Shown in pieces: positions 55,055 to 64,000 of a stretch of DNA of 64,000 bases. Under the pieces are notes generated by a model that was not told the origin of the DNA, did no database searches, and saw nothing but the letters and a program-made list of their open reading frames with translations. The DNA is from a virus, in IMG/VR virus record IMGVR_UViG_3300012663_000801, positions 32,955-96,954 of that record, one strand, 5' to 3'. The translations under genes were made by a program, and so were the position numbers. Each line of letters starts with the position of its first letter. The first letter of the stretch is position 1.

Positions 55055-55803
55055 AAATTATATAAAAGGTTGATATTATTTTTATAATTATCGCTTTCAG
55101 TTCTAATTGTGTTTTCGTGTCGCAAATGCCAACAAATTGCATCCTCATTTTGTAGTCTACCTACCTTGTTTTGAGTTTTCGATCTTCTTTCAATTTCAAC
55201 ATCTTCGCATCCCCATCCGATAAAATTGGAATTATAACCACCGATCTTTGAGAAAGCTTCTTTGGATATCATGACTATTCCTCCGACAGATGATGTATGT
55301 ATAACATTTACATCATCATTATCATATCCCAAATGTCTTTCTAATAATAGACTCTCTAATTTTTCAAAATCATAATTAGCCAATGTCTCCCTGCAATTCT
55401 TCTTAACATCGACAAACATACCATTGTATGGGTATGCATGATCGATCAACCCATTTAATATACTATTTTGAGATTCGAATAGATATTTTGGTTTGATTAA
55501 TGTATCAGTATCATAAAAACATAGAACTTTTTTAGTGGAGATGCTCGCAGTTTTATTGAAACATTCAGTTCTTCTATAGGCACCGCAGTTTTTTAAGAAC
55601 ACTAATTTAACATTTGGATATTCTATTGAAATGTTTTTCAACTCTGGATCTTGTTCAGCATCATCATTTATAACGAATAATTCCCCATACTCGATAAAAG
55701 TGTGGAAATATTTCAATATACATCTAAGATTAAATACTCTATCTTCAGAATCTCTTCTAAAGTGAATTATAAATGATGTATCTAGTAGATTAAATTTAAT
55801 CAT
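55051..55803 (-). CDS. GT2/GT7-like glycosyltransferase
   Basis: FYDTD, IGGYNSNFIGWGCED, WHLRH. Confidence 0.88.
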   Translation of the reverse strand: MIKFNLLDTSFIIHFRRDSEDRVFNLRCILKYFHTFIEYGELFVINDDAEQDPELKNISIEYPNVKLVFLKNCGAYRRTECFNKTASISTKKVLCFYDTDTLIKPKYLFESQNSILNGLIDHAYPYNGMFVDVKKNCRETLANYDFEKLESLLLERHLGYDNDDVNVIHTSSVGGIVMISKEAFSKIGGYNSNFIGWGCEDVEIERRSKTQNKVGRLQNEDAICWHLRHENTIRTESDNYKNNINLLYNL

Positions 55804-56510
55804 AAATTATTAATATCCTCCTCGTATTGTTTCTGAACCATCAAACCATATTCATACAGCGATCTATTATTATGTGTTCCGCCAAAATCAATATCAGTAT
55901 CTGATTCTGAAGGATTGAATTTTTTTGTTCTCCACGACATACCTTCGTAATGTTTGAAGTATTTATTTTCCAAATTTACATTAGCAATAAGAAAATCAGA
56001 ATTTATTACATCCTCGAACATTGTAGATCCTATGTCATAAATTCTATCCTCTGTTCTGCTTTGCTTAGTTCTTATAGGATCGAAAAATTTAATATTGTAT
56101 TCTTTTAAATGTTTTAAATTTATAAAACAAAACCATGGGTCAACTCTGGGATACAATCGCTTTCCTCCCCTATCACCAGATACATTTCCTAATAATGTGA
56201 AATTTCCACTTTTAAACTTTTCGTAAATGGGTGCGATATCTTGATACAAAATTACATCAGAATCTATCAATAAAACATGATCAGTTTCGATAAGCTCGAA
56301 TCCTTTATTTACACCATTACCGTGTGACGTATTCTCCATAACGTAATACGTCACCCCTTCTACCACATCCGATATATCCGTAGGTGTTCCTGTATCCATT
56401 ACGAGAATTTCAGGCATTTCAGAGCAATGTGAACGGACCGATTTTAACAAATTTTGAATTAAAATCGGTGTATTGTAATTACATGTGAGTAATGTCAGAG
56501 CCATAATCAA
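55800..56510 (-). CDS. GT2-like glycosyltransferase
   Basis: CNYNT, HGNGVN, LLIDSDV. Confidence 0.8.
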   Translation of the reverse strand: MIMALTLLTCNYNTPILIQNLLKSVRSHCSEMPEILVMDTGTPTDISDVVEGVTYYVMENTSHGNGVNKGFELIETDHVLLIDSDVILYQDIAPIYEKFKSGNFTLLGNVSGDRGGKRLYPRVDPWFCFINLKHLKEYNIKFFDPIRTKQSRTEDRIYDIGSTMFEDVINSDFLIANVNLENKYFKHYEGMSWRTKKFNPSESDTDIDFGGTHNNRSLYEYGLMVQKQYEEDINNL

Positions 56511-57307
56511 CTACCGTAAGTTACTTTGATTTCTCTCAATTTTCGCATGATATCATATTCATTGCTTGTCGGTATCTGACCGGGATAGCAATTATGTTTT
56601 GATAAGAATATCGCGTCAGCTTTTGAGATTATCTCAGAATGATTTGGCTTTGATGAAATCGTAGATTGCTGCAAACTCCATTGTTCGTCACCTAAATATT
56701 CCCACGAATTCTCAATATCTGCGAAATTCCAAAACGGAGGATGCATTCCCAATTTGATGATTTCGTATGTGTGGTCAACATGCTCACATGCATTGTAGTA
56801 TCGTTCATCTAAGAATCCAGCGTGATTGATACAATTCTTCGTGTAAAAGGAAAACGCGCCAACACAATGTGGATACAATGGAAGTTTCATAGTTCCATAT
56901 TCCACCACATATGTTGGATTTGGTCGATTCGTGCCATCAAATGTCTTATTCATCAATCCATGTTGGGAATAATTGAAATGTTGGATGCCAGTATACATCG
57001 AAGCTTCAATATATCTTTGAAAGACTTCTGGATTTTTAATATAGATATCATCTTCGATTAAGAAGAAATAATCACATCCTTTATCAAATAAAAACTTCAA
57101 AGCATCATTTTTACTCTTACCAACTCCTTGATAAGGTTCATCGTGCGATATCAAATTGTCAATATTTTTGAGATGATCTTTAGATAATCCATCATTGACA
57201 ACTACGAGTTCCATCTCCGCATCAGGAAGAATCGACGTATAACATTTGATGAACGATTCTGGGCGGTCGCAAGTTACAATCCCGACACCAATTTTACCAT
57301 TATTCAT
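56507..57307 (-). CDS. GT2 glycosyltransferase
   Basis: GIVTCDR, VVNDG, GVGKSKN, LIEDD. Confidence 0.85.
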   Translation of the reverse strand: MNNGKIGVGIVTCDRPESFIKCYTSILPDAEMELVVVNDGLSKDHLKNIDNLISHDEPYQGVGKSKNDALKFLFDKGCDYFFLIEDDIYIKNPEVFQRYIEASMYTGIQHFNYSQHGLMNKTFDGTNRPNPTYVVEYGTMKLPLYPHCVGAFSFYTKNCINHAGFLDERYYNACEHVDHTYEIIKLGMHPPFWNFADIENSWEYLGDEQWSLQQSTISSKPNHSEIISKADAIFLSKHNCYPGQIPTSNEYDIMRKLREIKVTYGS

Positions 57308-57311
57308 AATA

Positions 57312-58049
57312 TCAGATCTTAAAATTCTTGATTTGTTTTGTTAAATTTCTGAATTGATCGTCATTTTCGGTCCATTGTTGTTGGTCCCTCAACATCTGCT
57401 CCATCATTTCAAGATTCTTGGGATCGAGAATACTATCCTGTGTTTCAATTAGATCACCCTTTTGATCAATAAATTCACCGACCCAAGCAATTCTATCATC
57501 GAGATTCGGAATATTTTCAATAGGAATAATCGCTGGGCAATCCTCTGCGATGAAAAATGGTGTTTTTTCCAAATCATCAGAATATTGCTCATAAAGACCA
57601 GCAAAAATATCGTCAATCTCCTTGATGTAATTCAAATTAGCATCTCGTAACCCATCATCGACAATCTTGATCGAAGGATCGTATTTGATCCAAAAAATAA
57701 TATCAAGATTTTTCAAAGAACGTCGAACAACATCAACAGTAACACCTAAAACATCTTCAGAAACTTGATCCTTTTCGGCTGCATGGAGTGTGTATGCCAA
57801 ATTATCTAACGGGCAACGATCATAAACAACATGTTTTTCATTCTTATTGGCCTCTAAAGTCTGAGTCATCCAATCCAATATGAGCAATTGCGTTTCTGCT
57901 GTGGTATTGGAAGAATGTTTCAAATCATTTTCTTTGATAATATCTCTGTATGTCTTTGCAGGAGTCCTATACATCGGCCATTTCTTCAAAAATGACTGAA
58001 TTAATGTGCTCTTGCCGACATTTCCACTGCCACTGAATGCGATTTTCAT
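57312..58049 (-). CDS. P-loop nucleotide kinase-like protein
   Basis: GSGNVGKST, YDRCPLDNLAY, DDGLR. Confidence 0.8.
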   Translation of the reverse strand: MKIAFSGSGNVGKSTLIQSFLKKWPMYRTPAKTYRDIIKENDLKHSSNTTAETQLLILDWMTQTLEANKNEKHVVYDRCPLDNLAYTLHAAEKDQVSEDVLGVTVDVVRRSLKNLDIIFWIKYDPSIKIVDDGLRDANLNYIKEIDDIFAGLYEQYSDDLEKTPFFIAEDCPAIIPIENIPNLDDRIAWVGEFIDQKGDLIETQDSILDPKNLEMMEQMLRDQQQWTENDDQFRNLTKQIKNFKI

Positions 58050-58109
58050 ATTATTAAACTTACCATTCGTTTCTGAGAAATCAAGTGGGTTTTGGTTAAA
58101 TAATAATGT

Positions 58110-58847
58110 ATGTCAGTTAAAAAGACACCTCGTAAGAGGAAAGAGCGGGATGTAACAGAGGAATTCACTGAACACATAAAAAAGGGTTTTGATTTATCAA
58201 GTATAAATCTAAGAAATAATTACCCTATGACTGATAACCAGCAAAAATTTTATTATATGTCTCAGAATACGAGAAATAATATGGTATTTGTTAATGGTCC
58301 AGCAGGAAGTGCGAAAACGCATTTGGCGGTATTTTCAGCACTTGAACTTCTAAAAAACGGAAGCGTTGACAAAATCATTTATATTCGTTCGGTTGTAGAG
58401 AGTTCTTCTCGTTCGATTGGTTATTTAAAGGGAGACGAAAATGAAAAATTTCTTCCTTATATCATGCCAATGCTTGATAAATTAAATGAAATTTTAACGA
58501 AGGCTGATATTACTCATTTGATGGATAATGAGTATATTAAAGCGATACCGGTAAATTTCGTTCGAGGTCTGACCTTCCATCGCTGTGCTGTCATCATTGA
58601 TGAGGCTCAAAACATGACAAGAGGAGAATTAACAACCATTTTGACACGATTTGGTAGACATTCCCATTATTTTGTTCTGGGAGATGCAGCGCAAGCAGAC
58701 ATTAAAGATTCTGGATTTGTTTCAGTATATGAAGCATTCGATACCGAATTCTCAAGAAAAAATGACATTCAATGTGTCAAGTTCGACACGAGCGATATCG
58801 TTAGATCACAAATATTGAAGCATATCACGCAGGTTCTCAAGGTATGA
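58110..58847 (+). CDS. phoH: PhoH-family protein
   Basis: GPAGSAKT, RGLTF, IIDEAQN, GDAAQAD, DIVRS. Confidence 0.93.
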   Translation: MSVKKTPRKRKERDVTEEFTEHIKKGFDLSSINLRNNYPMTDNQQKFYYMSQNTRNNMVFVNGPAGSAKTHLAVFSALELLKNGSVDKIIYIRSVVESSSRSIGYLKGDENEKFLPYIMPMLDKLNEILTKADITHLMDNEYIKAIPVNFVRGLTFHRCAVIIDEAQNMTRGELTTILTRFGRHSHYFVLGDAAQADIKDSGFVSVYEAFDTEFSRKNDIQCVKFDTSDIVRSQILKHITQVLKV

Positions 58848-58858
58848 GCGCATTTATT

Positions 58859-59242
58859 CTAGTCACGACGCACTAGATGGTAAATATCATATTGCACATC
58901 CCACATGTAGCAAGCAAACTTTCGTTTGGGTTTTTCCCATAACTTATATTTTAAGATATCAACGACATTGTTGAATGTGATATTCTCTTTTTTCTTCTTT
59001 TTTCTCAATTTGAAAAATTTGAGAACTTTGTCGTTGAGATTCTTTTCATATTTCTCGACCATTTCTAATTTAACTTCATCATACTTTCCTTGAATATTAT
59101 AAATATCTCTAACTGTGTATGATTTACCGGAATGCATATCCCAAACAGCATTCAGATAATTTTTTGCCAAGTATGCCGCAATTTGTTCGGCTTCTTCTCT
59201 TTCAGAATCCGTCATAGTATATGTATTATTTTTCTCATTCAT
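58859..59242 (-). CDS. Hypothetical protein, 127 aa
   Basis: ORF in minus-strand run. Confidence 0.7.
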   Translation of the reverse strand: MNEKNNTYTMTDSEREEAEQIAAYLAKNYLNAVWDMHSGKSYTVRDIYNIQGKYDEVKLEMVEKYEKNLNDKVLKFFKLRKKKKKENITFNNVVDILKYKLWEKPKRKFACYMWDVQYDIYHLVRRD

Positions 59243-59246
59243 AATT

Positions 59247-59480
59247 TTATCCTTTGAAAATCCCCTTGGATTTGGCTACACCCAAATCATCTGAATACTT
59301 GATAGCACCTCCAGTGGATTTGCCATAGAATTCATTGAGAAGATCGTTCATATCGATACTTTCTTTACCGAAGACATTTTCTTCGTAAATATTACCAATT
59401 TCTTGGTTGAGTGCATTTCGTTCCCAAGCATCGAATATTTTCCCAATGCCACCATAATTTTTTGTGAAAGAGTCTTTCAT
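59247..59480 (-). CDS. Hypothetical protein, 77 aa
   Basis: Abuts ABC ATPase gene. Confidence 0.65.
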   Translation of the reverse strand: MKDSFTKNYGGIGKIFDAWERNALNQEIGNIYEENVFGKESIDMNDLLNEFYGKSTGGAIKYSDDLGVAKSKGIFKG

Positions 59481-60266
59481 TTATTTATTTACTAATTTTT
59501 CGATAATTCCCTTACATTCAGCACTATAACCATTCTCAATATCGTAGATTTTGGCATCCAAATCCATCAAACAGACGAAAGGTGAATGAGTCGCAACGAT
59601 AATCTGGTAATCTTTAGACATTTTTTTCAAAAGCGCGAATAATTCCATTTGCTTTGGCAAAGATAATGCTCTTTCGGGTTCATCAAGTAACAATGTGACT
59701 CTTCCCGTGCGCGGGAGAGAACGAATATAATCAACCTCTCCAATTTGGGCAGGATGTTGAGAGATATACTTGGTGAGATCAGGCGGATTCTTGAGCATAT
59801 TGAAAAGTTTGTTCAACTTTTTCAAACGATATTGCCCCGATGATGGCTTCTCAATCATCGCCTCCATGTGTTCAGCTTCTGTAGTCATCCCATCTTCCGA
59901 TGAAATTTCCTTATTTGTGAACCATGCCCATTGATCGATCTTAACATCTCCTTCATTATAGAAGGTTGGAGTGCCATCCCAGCCCACGATACAATCAGAT
60001 TGACCGGGAGAATAGGCTCGATATACCCATGGGAAATGGCTCTTTTGTTGAGCACCCAAAGCAAGTTCTGAAGAGATCCGAGACCATCCAGCGAATCCAT
60101 TTGGAATGCCACAATAGGCTTTAATCATTTTCAATATACTGGTCTTACCGCAACCATTGGGTCCACTTAAAATAGTCAGACCTTCGGGAAAATGATACTC
60201 AATTCCTTGATGGAAATTGGGAAGTTCAGAGGTGAACCCGTTTAAGATTTTGATGTGACTAATCAT
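59481..60266 (-). CDS. ABC-type ATPase, likely start 60266
   Basis: GPNGCGKT, SSGQ, LLLDEPE, IIVATHSP. Confidence 0.88.
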   Translation of the reverse strand: MISHIKILNGFTSELPNFHQGIEYHFPEGLTILSGPNGCGKTSILKMIKAYCGIPNGFAGWSRISSELALGAQQKSHFPWVYRAYSPGQSDCIVGWDGTPTFYNEGDVKIDQWAWFTNKEISSEDGMTTEAEHMEAMIEKPSSGQYRLKKLNKLFNMLKNPPDLTKYISQHPAQIGEVDYIRSLPRTGRVTLLLDEPERALSLPKQMELFALLKKMSKDYQIIVATHSPFVCLMDLDAKIYDIENGYSAECKGIIEKLVNK

Positions 60267-60267
60267 A

Positions 60268-60441
60268 TTAATTTGCCCCCCAAGAAGTGCCATTGAACCA
60301 TGAATGGCCCTTTGGACTTTCCAAAGTTGGTCGTGCCTTTTCTTCCCTGATCGGTTGTTCGACGACTGGTGGAAGTTCTACCGTTTCACCAGTCACGATC
60401 TTGAAATTCTCATCTTCGTTCACTACAATTTTAATATCCAT
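60268..60441 (-). CDS. 57-aa late protein (MDIKIVVNEDE...SWGAN), absent from track
   Basis: TAAATA-N5-ATG; fills the gap exactly. Confidence 0.7.
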   Translation of the reverse strand: MDIKIVVNEDENFKIVTGETVELPPVVEQPIREEKARPTLESPKGHSWFNGTSWGAN

Positions 60442-60481
60442 GACGATATTTACGAATAAGAAACGAATGTCAAGTCAATTA

Positions 60482-60994
60482 TTATCTTCTAGGTTTAGCA
60501 GATTCATCCCAATATTCGTCTCCACCATTTCCGTCTTTGATAAATACATCACTTCTAGGTTTAATGACCCAATCAAAGGAATCTTTGTCTTTATCAAAAA
60601 GAACAATTGCTTGGGGATATCTAAATTTTTTACCGGGAACTGTATCACCTGTCGGGGTGACACCTTTTTGCGCAACCTTAACCACATAGTGTTGCCCCTT
60701 TGGGGTATTTTTACCCAGCTTGATATTTTCATCTGGAATCGGAACTATACCTTGCTCATCCATCCAATCCAAAATCCGTTCTTGTATTGTCTGTCCTGCT
60801 TGTTTTATTCTTTGTGTAGCACCTCTAACTCCTTTGACAATATTGCCAATTTGAGATGATGTATTAGGAGCGATCACACTCGCCACTTCTTTAGCACCTT
60901 GAATGACTTTTTTACCAAGTCTACCAATTTTGCTATTTTTAAAGGTATCCCAAAACCCTTCTTCCAATAATTCTTTTTGTGAAAACTTATACAT
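60482..60994 (-). CDS. Hypothetical protein with LLEEG cleavage-like N-terminus
   Basis: MYKFSQKELLEEGFWD. Confidence 0.75.
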   Translation of the reverse strand: MYKFSQKELLEEGFWDTFKNSKIGRLGKKVIQGAKEVASVIAPNTSSQIGNIVKGVRGATQRIKQAGQTIQERILDWMDEQGIVPIPDENIKLGKNTPKGQHYVVKVAQKGVTPTGDTVPGKKFRYPQAIVLFDKDKDSFDWVIKPRSDVFIKDGNGGDEYWDESAKPRR

Positions 60995-61445
60995 TGACTG
61001 ATAATTGTTTGTCGGCTACGTTGTTTAATGCCACATCGATCAGAGCGTCCAGTTCATTTTTGATGAAGTCTTTTCCAATTAAAACCTTGTGGTCATTGGT
61101 AGATCGATTACTGATGGAAAAGGGGATGCTTTTAAATTTCTTATCACCTATGATGCAATCGAAAAGACAAACTGGTCTTTCGACAGTATTACCCTCTCCA
61201 ATATTAATTACGATAGTATCTTTGACTGATTTTTCTAATCTCATGGAATTTATGGTTGTGAATCTTACTATTTTCTCGCCTGTCTTTTTGTCTTTTCCAA
61301 ATTCAACATCTTCTCCGTGTAAAACATTGTAAGCCCCGTTTCCGGTATCCAATTTGGCGGAAATAGTCCCGACACCATCAATAATGATGTCTTCCACTAA
61401 TCCAAATATATTTTTCTCCACAAAGAATTGTTTGAAATTTGTCAT
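60987..61445 (-). CDS. Retropepsin-like (RimK-associated type) protease
   Basis: AKLDTGNGA, ERPV, NRS....VLIGKDFI; MTNFKQFFVE. Confidence 0.85.
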   Translation of the reverse strand: MTNFKQFFVEKNIFGLVEDIIIDGVGTISAKLDTGNGAYNVLHGEDVEFGKDKKTGEKIVRFTTINSMRLEKSVKDTIVINIGEGNTVERPVCLFDCIIGDKKFKSIPFSISNRSTNDHKVLIGKDFIKNELDALIDVALNNVADKQLSVNV

Positions 61446-61461
61446 TCATTTATTAAAATTA

Positions 61462-61932
61462 TTAATAATCGTGCGACTGTTCGAATCCGGTATTCGCAAA
61501 GTCAGCTTTGGCATCAAGGCGATGCCAAACATCGGAAACATAAGTTGAAGCAATCGTAATGGCAGAAACCATCCAATCTTCAAATTCGCAATCGTTTCTC
61601 TTATCATACAAACGATCTGCATATTCGGCGAGCTTTTTCAACTCAGAAACGAGAACTTCATTGACTTCATGCTTTTCAACAGGACCGACAGGTTCGATTT
61701 CCATGACCATTCCTTGTTGATGGGGTTGATCAAAATCGTCATCATCCCCTTCGCTGTCAAATCCATCTTCACCGAAATCGGGATCATCACGCATCATTCC
61801 GAAATCATCATTATCATCGAAATCATCGTCGCCTTCGAAATCATAATCCATTTCATCATCAAATCTTTCATTGACAGTTTTACCACGGAAAGATTCCCAA
61901 ATCATTTTATTCTCTTCGCCTTTGAATTTCAT
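61462..61932 (-). CDS. Highly acidic late protein
   Basis: D/F-rich tract; TAAATA-N5-ATG. Confidence 0.8.
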   Translation of the reverse strand: MKFKGEENKMIWESFRGKTVNERFDDEMDYDFEGDDDFDDNDDFGMMRDDPDFGEDGFDSEGDDDDFDQPHQQGMVMEIEPVGPVEKHEVNEVLVSELKKLAEYADRLYDKRNDCEFEDWMVSAITIASTYVSDVWHRLDAKADFANTGFEQSHDY

Positions 61933-61940
61933 AATATTAT

Positions 61941-62336
61941 TTAGCTAATGGAGTCCAAATTATCTCTCAATTCCTGACCTTCTTGGGCAGGGCGTATAAT
62001 TGGTAGGATTTTTGTTTGATAAATATCTTTGGCGGTTTTACCACTTCCTTGTATTCTCTGAATCGCATCTGGTTTTTTCAGAAGATCTAGGAAATTTTCC
62101 AACGCAATTCTATCGCCACCTGAAGGTCTTGGTTCCATCAATGCAGCCAAGACCACATCTTCAATGTAGCGAATTTCTGCTTGAGAACTCAATGGAACAG
62201 TCTCGGGTTGTTCTGCTGGCATTTCAGGTGCTGGTGCTGCTTCTGGAGGAGCTTCCATACCAGCATTAGGATCTTGTTCATCCTGTTCAATAATACGATA
62301 ATATTGCTCAATTAATTTTAAGGTTTTCGATTTCAT
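61941..62336 (-). CDS. Hypothetical late protein, 131 aa
   Basis: RIIEQDE followed by P/A-rich linker. Confidence 0.75.
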   Translation of the reverse strand: MKSKTLKLIEQYYRIIEQDEQDPNAGMEAPPEAAPAPEMPAEQPETVPLSSQAEIRYIEDVVLAALMEPRPSGGDRIALENFLDLLKKPDAIQRIQGSGKTAKDIYQTKILPIIRPAQEGQELRDNLDSIS

Positions 62337-62337
62337 A

Positions 62338-62808
62338 TTAATATGTTCTAGCGATGGCTGATCTCTTCACTGCCTGTAATCCCTTCTTGATTCTCTCCGA
62401 ACCTTTTTTATAAGCATCGACAGCTTGACCCGCCAAATTCTGTCTTTCTTTGACAGCTGATTTTGCCTTTTGCGCTTTAGTGCCAAACGCTTTTCCAACG
62501 AGACCCTTTAGACCACTAGCTGCTTTGTCTGCCAGCCCTTCAACTTCTTTGTCAATCTCGTAAGTGCCAGTGCTGGCATTAATAGATTCGTCTTCTTCAG
62601 CATCTGCTTCGACTTCTTGTTGTCGAGGTTTGATACCAATTACTTCCATGACGATATCGCCTTTTTCGGTATGCAAAATGATCTTGGAACCTTCAGAACT
62701 AAAAGGCACTTCTTGTTCATATAGAAAGAACTTCGCTTGGAAAGCTGCATCCATTTTTGATTGATTGGAAGGATCGTGTTCTTCGAGAATTGTCAAAAAT
62801 TTACTCAT
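62338..62808 (-). CDS. Hypothetical late protein, start corrected to 62808
   Basis: TAAATA-N5-ATG; MSKFLTILEE. Confidence 0.75.
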   Translation of the reverse strand: MSKFLTILEEHDPSNQSKMDAAFQAKFFLYEQEVPFSSEGSKIILHTEKGDIVMEVIGIKPRQQEVEADAEEDESINASTGTYEIDKEVEGLADKAASGLKGLVGKAFGTKAQKAKSAVKERQNLAGQAVDAYKKGSERIKKGLQAVKRSAIARTY

Positions 62809-62812
62809 AGGA

Positions 62813-63310
62813 TTATTTAACAAAAATAATCATCTTATTGACAACTTCTTGGAAATATTGCTCATTGAGAAATGTTAAACCCTCCTTTTCCAAATATTTG
62901 GAAATCTTACGAAATGAAGGTGTTTTTCTGTTTTGGAATGCTGATTCGAATTCGGAAATGATTGCAGCATCATAGATCCCCAAAAGATATTCCAAATGAT
63001 CCATATCAAAATTCTTTTCAATAATATTGATTTTAAAAATTCGGCGGATTTTGCTTAAAAGCTGATTACGGAATGTGTCTTTGGTGAGAGTATTTGAAAA
63101 GAATATAAAATCTTGCCGAGTGTATTTTAAAAATTCGGTGAATGTTCGGATGAACTCATGCGTGTATAATTTTTTGTTATTTCTCTTAGAGAAATCAAAG
63201 GTTGCGGTCAATCCGAGATTTCTCAAAAGAATTGAAAAATTCTCATTGGTATCTTTGAAAACCTCATCAATATCAATGATCGTCTTTTTTCTAAAGGAAA
63301 TTGTATTCAT
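62813..63310 (-). CDS. Hypothetical protein, likely start 63310
   Basis: ATG 1 nt after upstream stop. Confidence 0.7.
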   Translation of the reverse strand: MNTISFRKKTIIDIDEVFKDTNENFSILLRNLGLTATFDFSKRNNKKLYTHEFIRTFTEFLKYTRQDFIFFSNTLTKDTFRNQLLSKIRRIFKINIIEKNFDMDHLEYLLGIYDAAIISEFESAFQNRKTPSFRKISKYLEKEGLTFLNEQYFQEVVNKMIIFVK

Positions 63311-63311
63311 A

Positions 63312-63776
63312 TTACAACCCGAGAGTATCAGGATTGCGTTCGATGTCAACGTAATTTTTGGGTATGACACCTAATCTTACATTTAAAATGCCATTGTAAT
63401 ATCGTTGATCCATCAAAGCGTTGCACTTAATTTGCCAAATTAATTCTGCGTAAGTCATATGGAATTTCGATTGGCAGACCTCTATCACTTCTTTGGTAAA
63501 ATGCTCGATTCCATATTTTTCAATATCTGCCAACAATTCTTTGGACGATCCCCAATATTTCTCAACATCATTGTCCACATACGATATCCGATTTCGTGTC
63601 TTACCTTTCAATGGTTTTCGTTTTATTTTTTTCAGCAATTTCTTTTGTCCGATATAATACTTTTTGATTGAATCTGGATGGTTATTGCGAATTAAATAAA
63701 CAAATCCTACGACACCTTCTGTATCGGTTGGGAAATTTTTCCATGTGCTTGGGGGTTGACTTTCGGATTTTTGCAT
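63312..63776 (-). CDS. GIY-YIG-like nuclease
   Basis: GFVYLIRN...YYIGQK, KYWGSSKEL, YYNG. Confidence 0.75.
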   Translation of the reverse strand: MQKSESQPPSTWKNFPTDTEGVVGFVYLIRNNHPDSIKKYYIGQKKLLKKIKRKPLKGKTRNRISYVDNDVEKYWGSSKELLADIEKYGIEHFTKEVIEVCQSKFHMTYAELIWQIKCNALMDQRYYNGILNVRLGVIPKNYVDIERNPDTLGL

Positions 63777-64000
63777 TTATATTTAATTATAATTGATTAT
63801 GATTAATATTTATAGTACTATCAATCATAATCAATATCTAATGATAAGCTGATTGATTATAATTAATTTTTTTTCTTTTGTTTCTTTCTTTAGTTATCTT
63901 TAATCATAGTTAATATATAATCTATATCTAATAATAAGATAATTAATTAAAATAATAGAATAGCTATTGACAAAGAATATGGTTTGAATAGGTATAGGGA
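63777..64000. other. Very AT-rich non-coding region ending in TTGACA (63967)
   Basis: No ORF; ATTATAATT and ATCAAT/TGATT repeats. Confidence 0.6.

Noticed and set aside
1-64000. Stop-codon reassignment
   Set aside because: Core genes (gp23, gp20, nrdA, nrdB) are full-length in the standard code and coding density is high.

Overview
This window is part of a large T4-like myovirus genome. It contains gp23, gp22, gp21, gp20, gp13, gp15, gp4, a split gp5-like pair, nrdAB, thyX, PhoH, MazG, ClpP-like and GroES-like genes. It has five zones. (1) 1-9.2 kb: about 35 short co-oriented ORFs, nearly all headed by the same 24-28 bp promoter-like unit TAAAAACT-N4-[-10 hexamer]-N6/N9-ATG (31 copies, 3 more at 10.7-11.5 kb), interspersed with three families of repeated RNA structures; GC rises toward the right end by eye. 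(2) 11.0-12.9 kb: 11 tRNAs plus an aberrant Ser-like tRNA. The main tRNA block sits behind a leader peptide, antiterminator and terminator, and leader codons 2-15 are all read by the downstream phage tRNAs. This looks like a multi-amino-acid attenuator that switches on phage tRNAs when translation stalls, and is the best candidate for an undescribed system. (3) 9.4-19.2 kb: late-promoter genes with capsid-targeting-like N-termini encoding a zincin, ADP-ribosyltransferase, HhH-CCA-HD-Nudix fusion, kinase and GNAT, probably virion-delivered effectors. (4) Nucleotide metabolism, lysis and head/neck/baseplate genes, mostly with TAAATA-N5-ATG leaderless late promoters. (5) A 9 kb glycosyltransferase island and small late genes. 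All protein calls are from motif recognition by eye; no searches were run.
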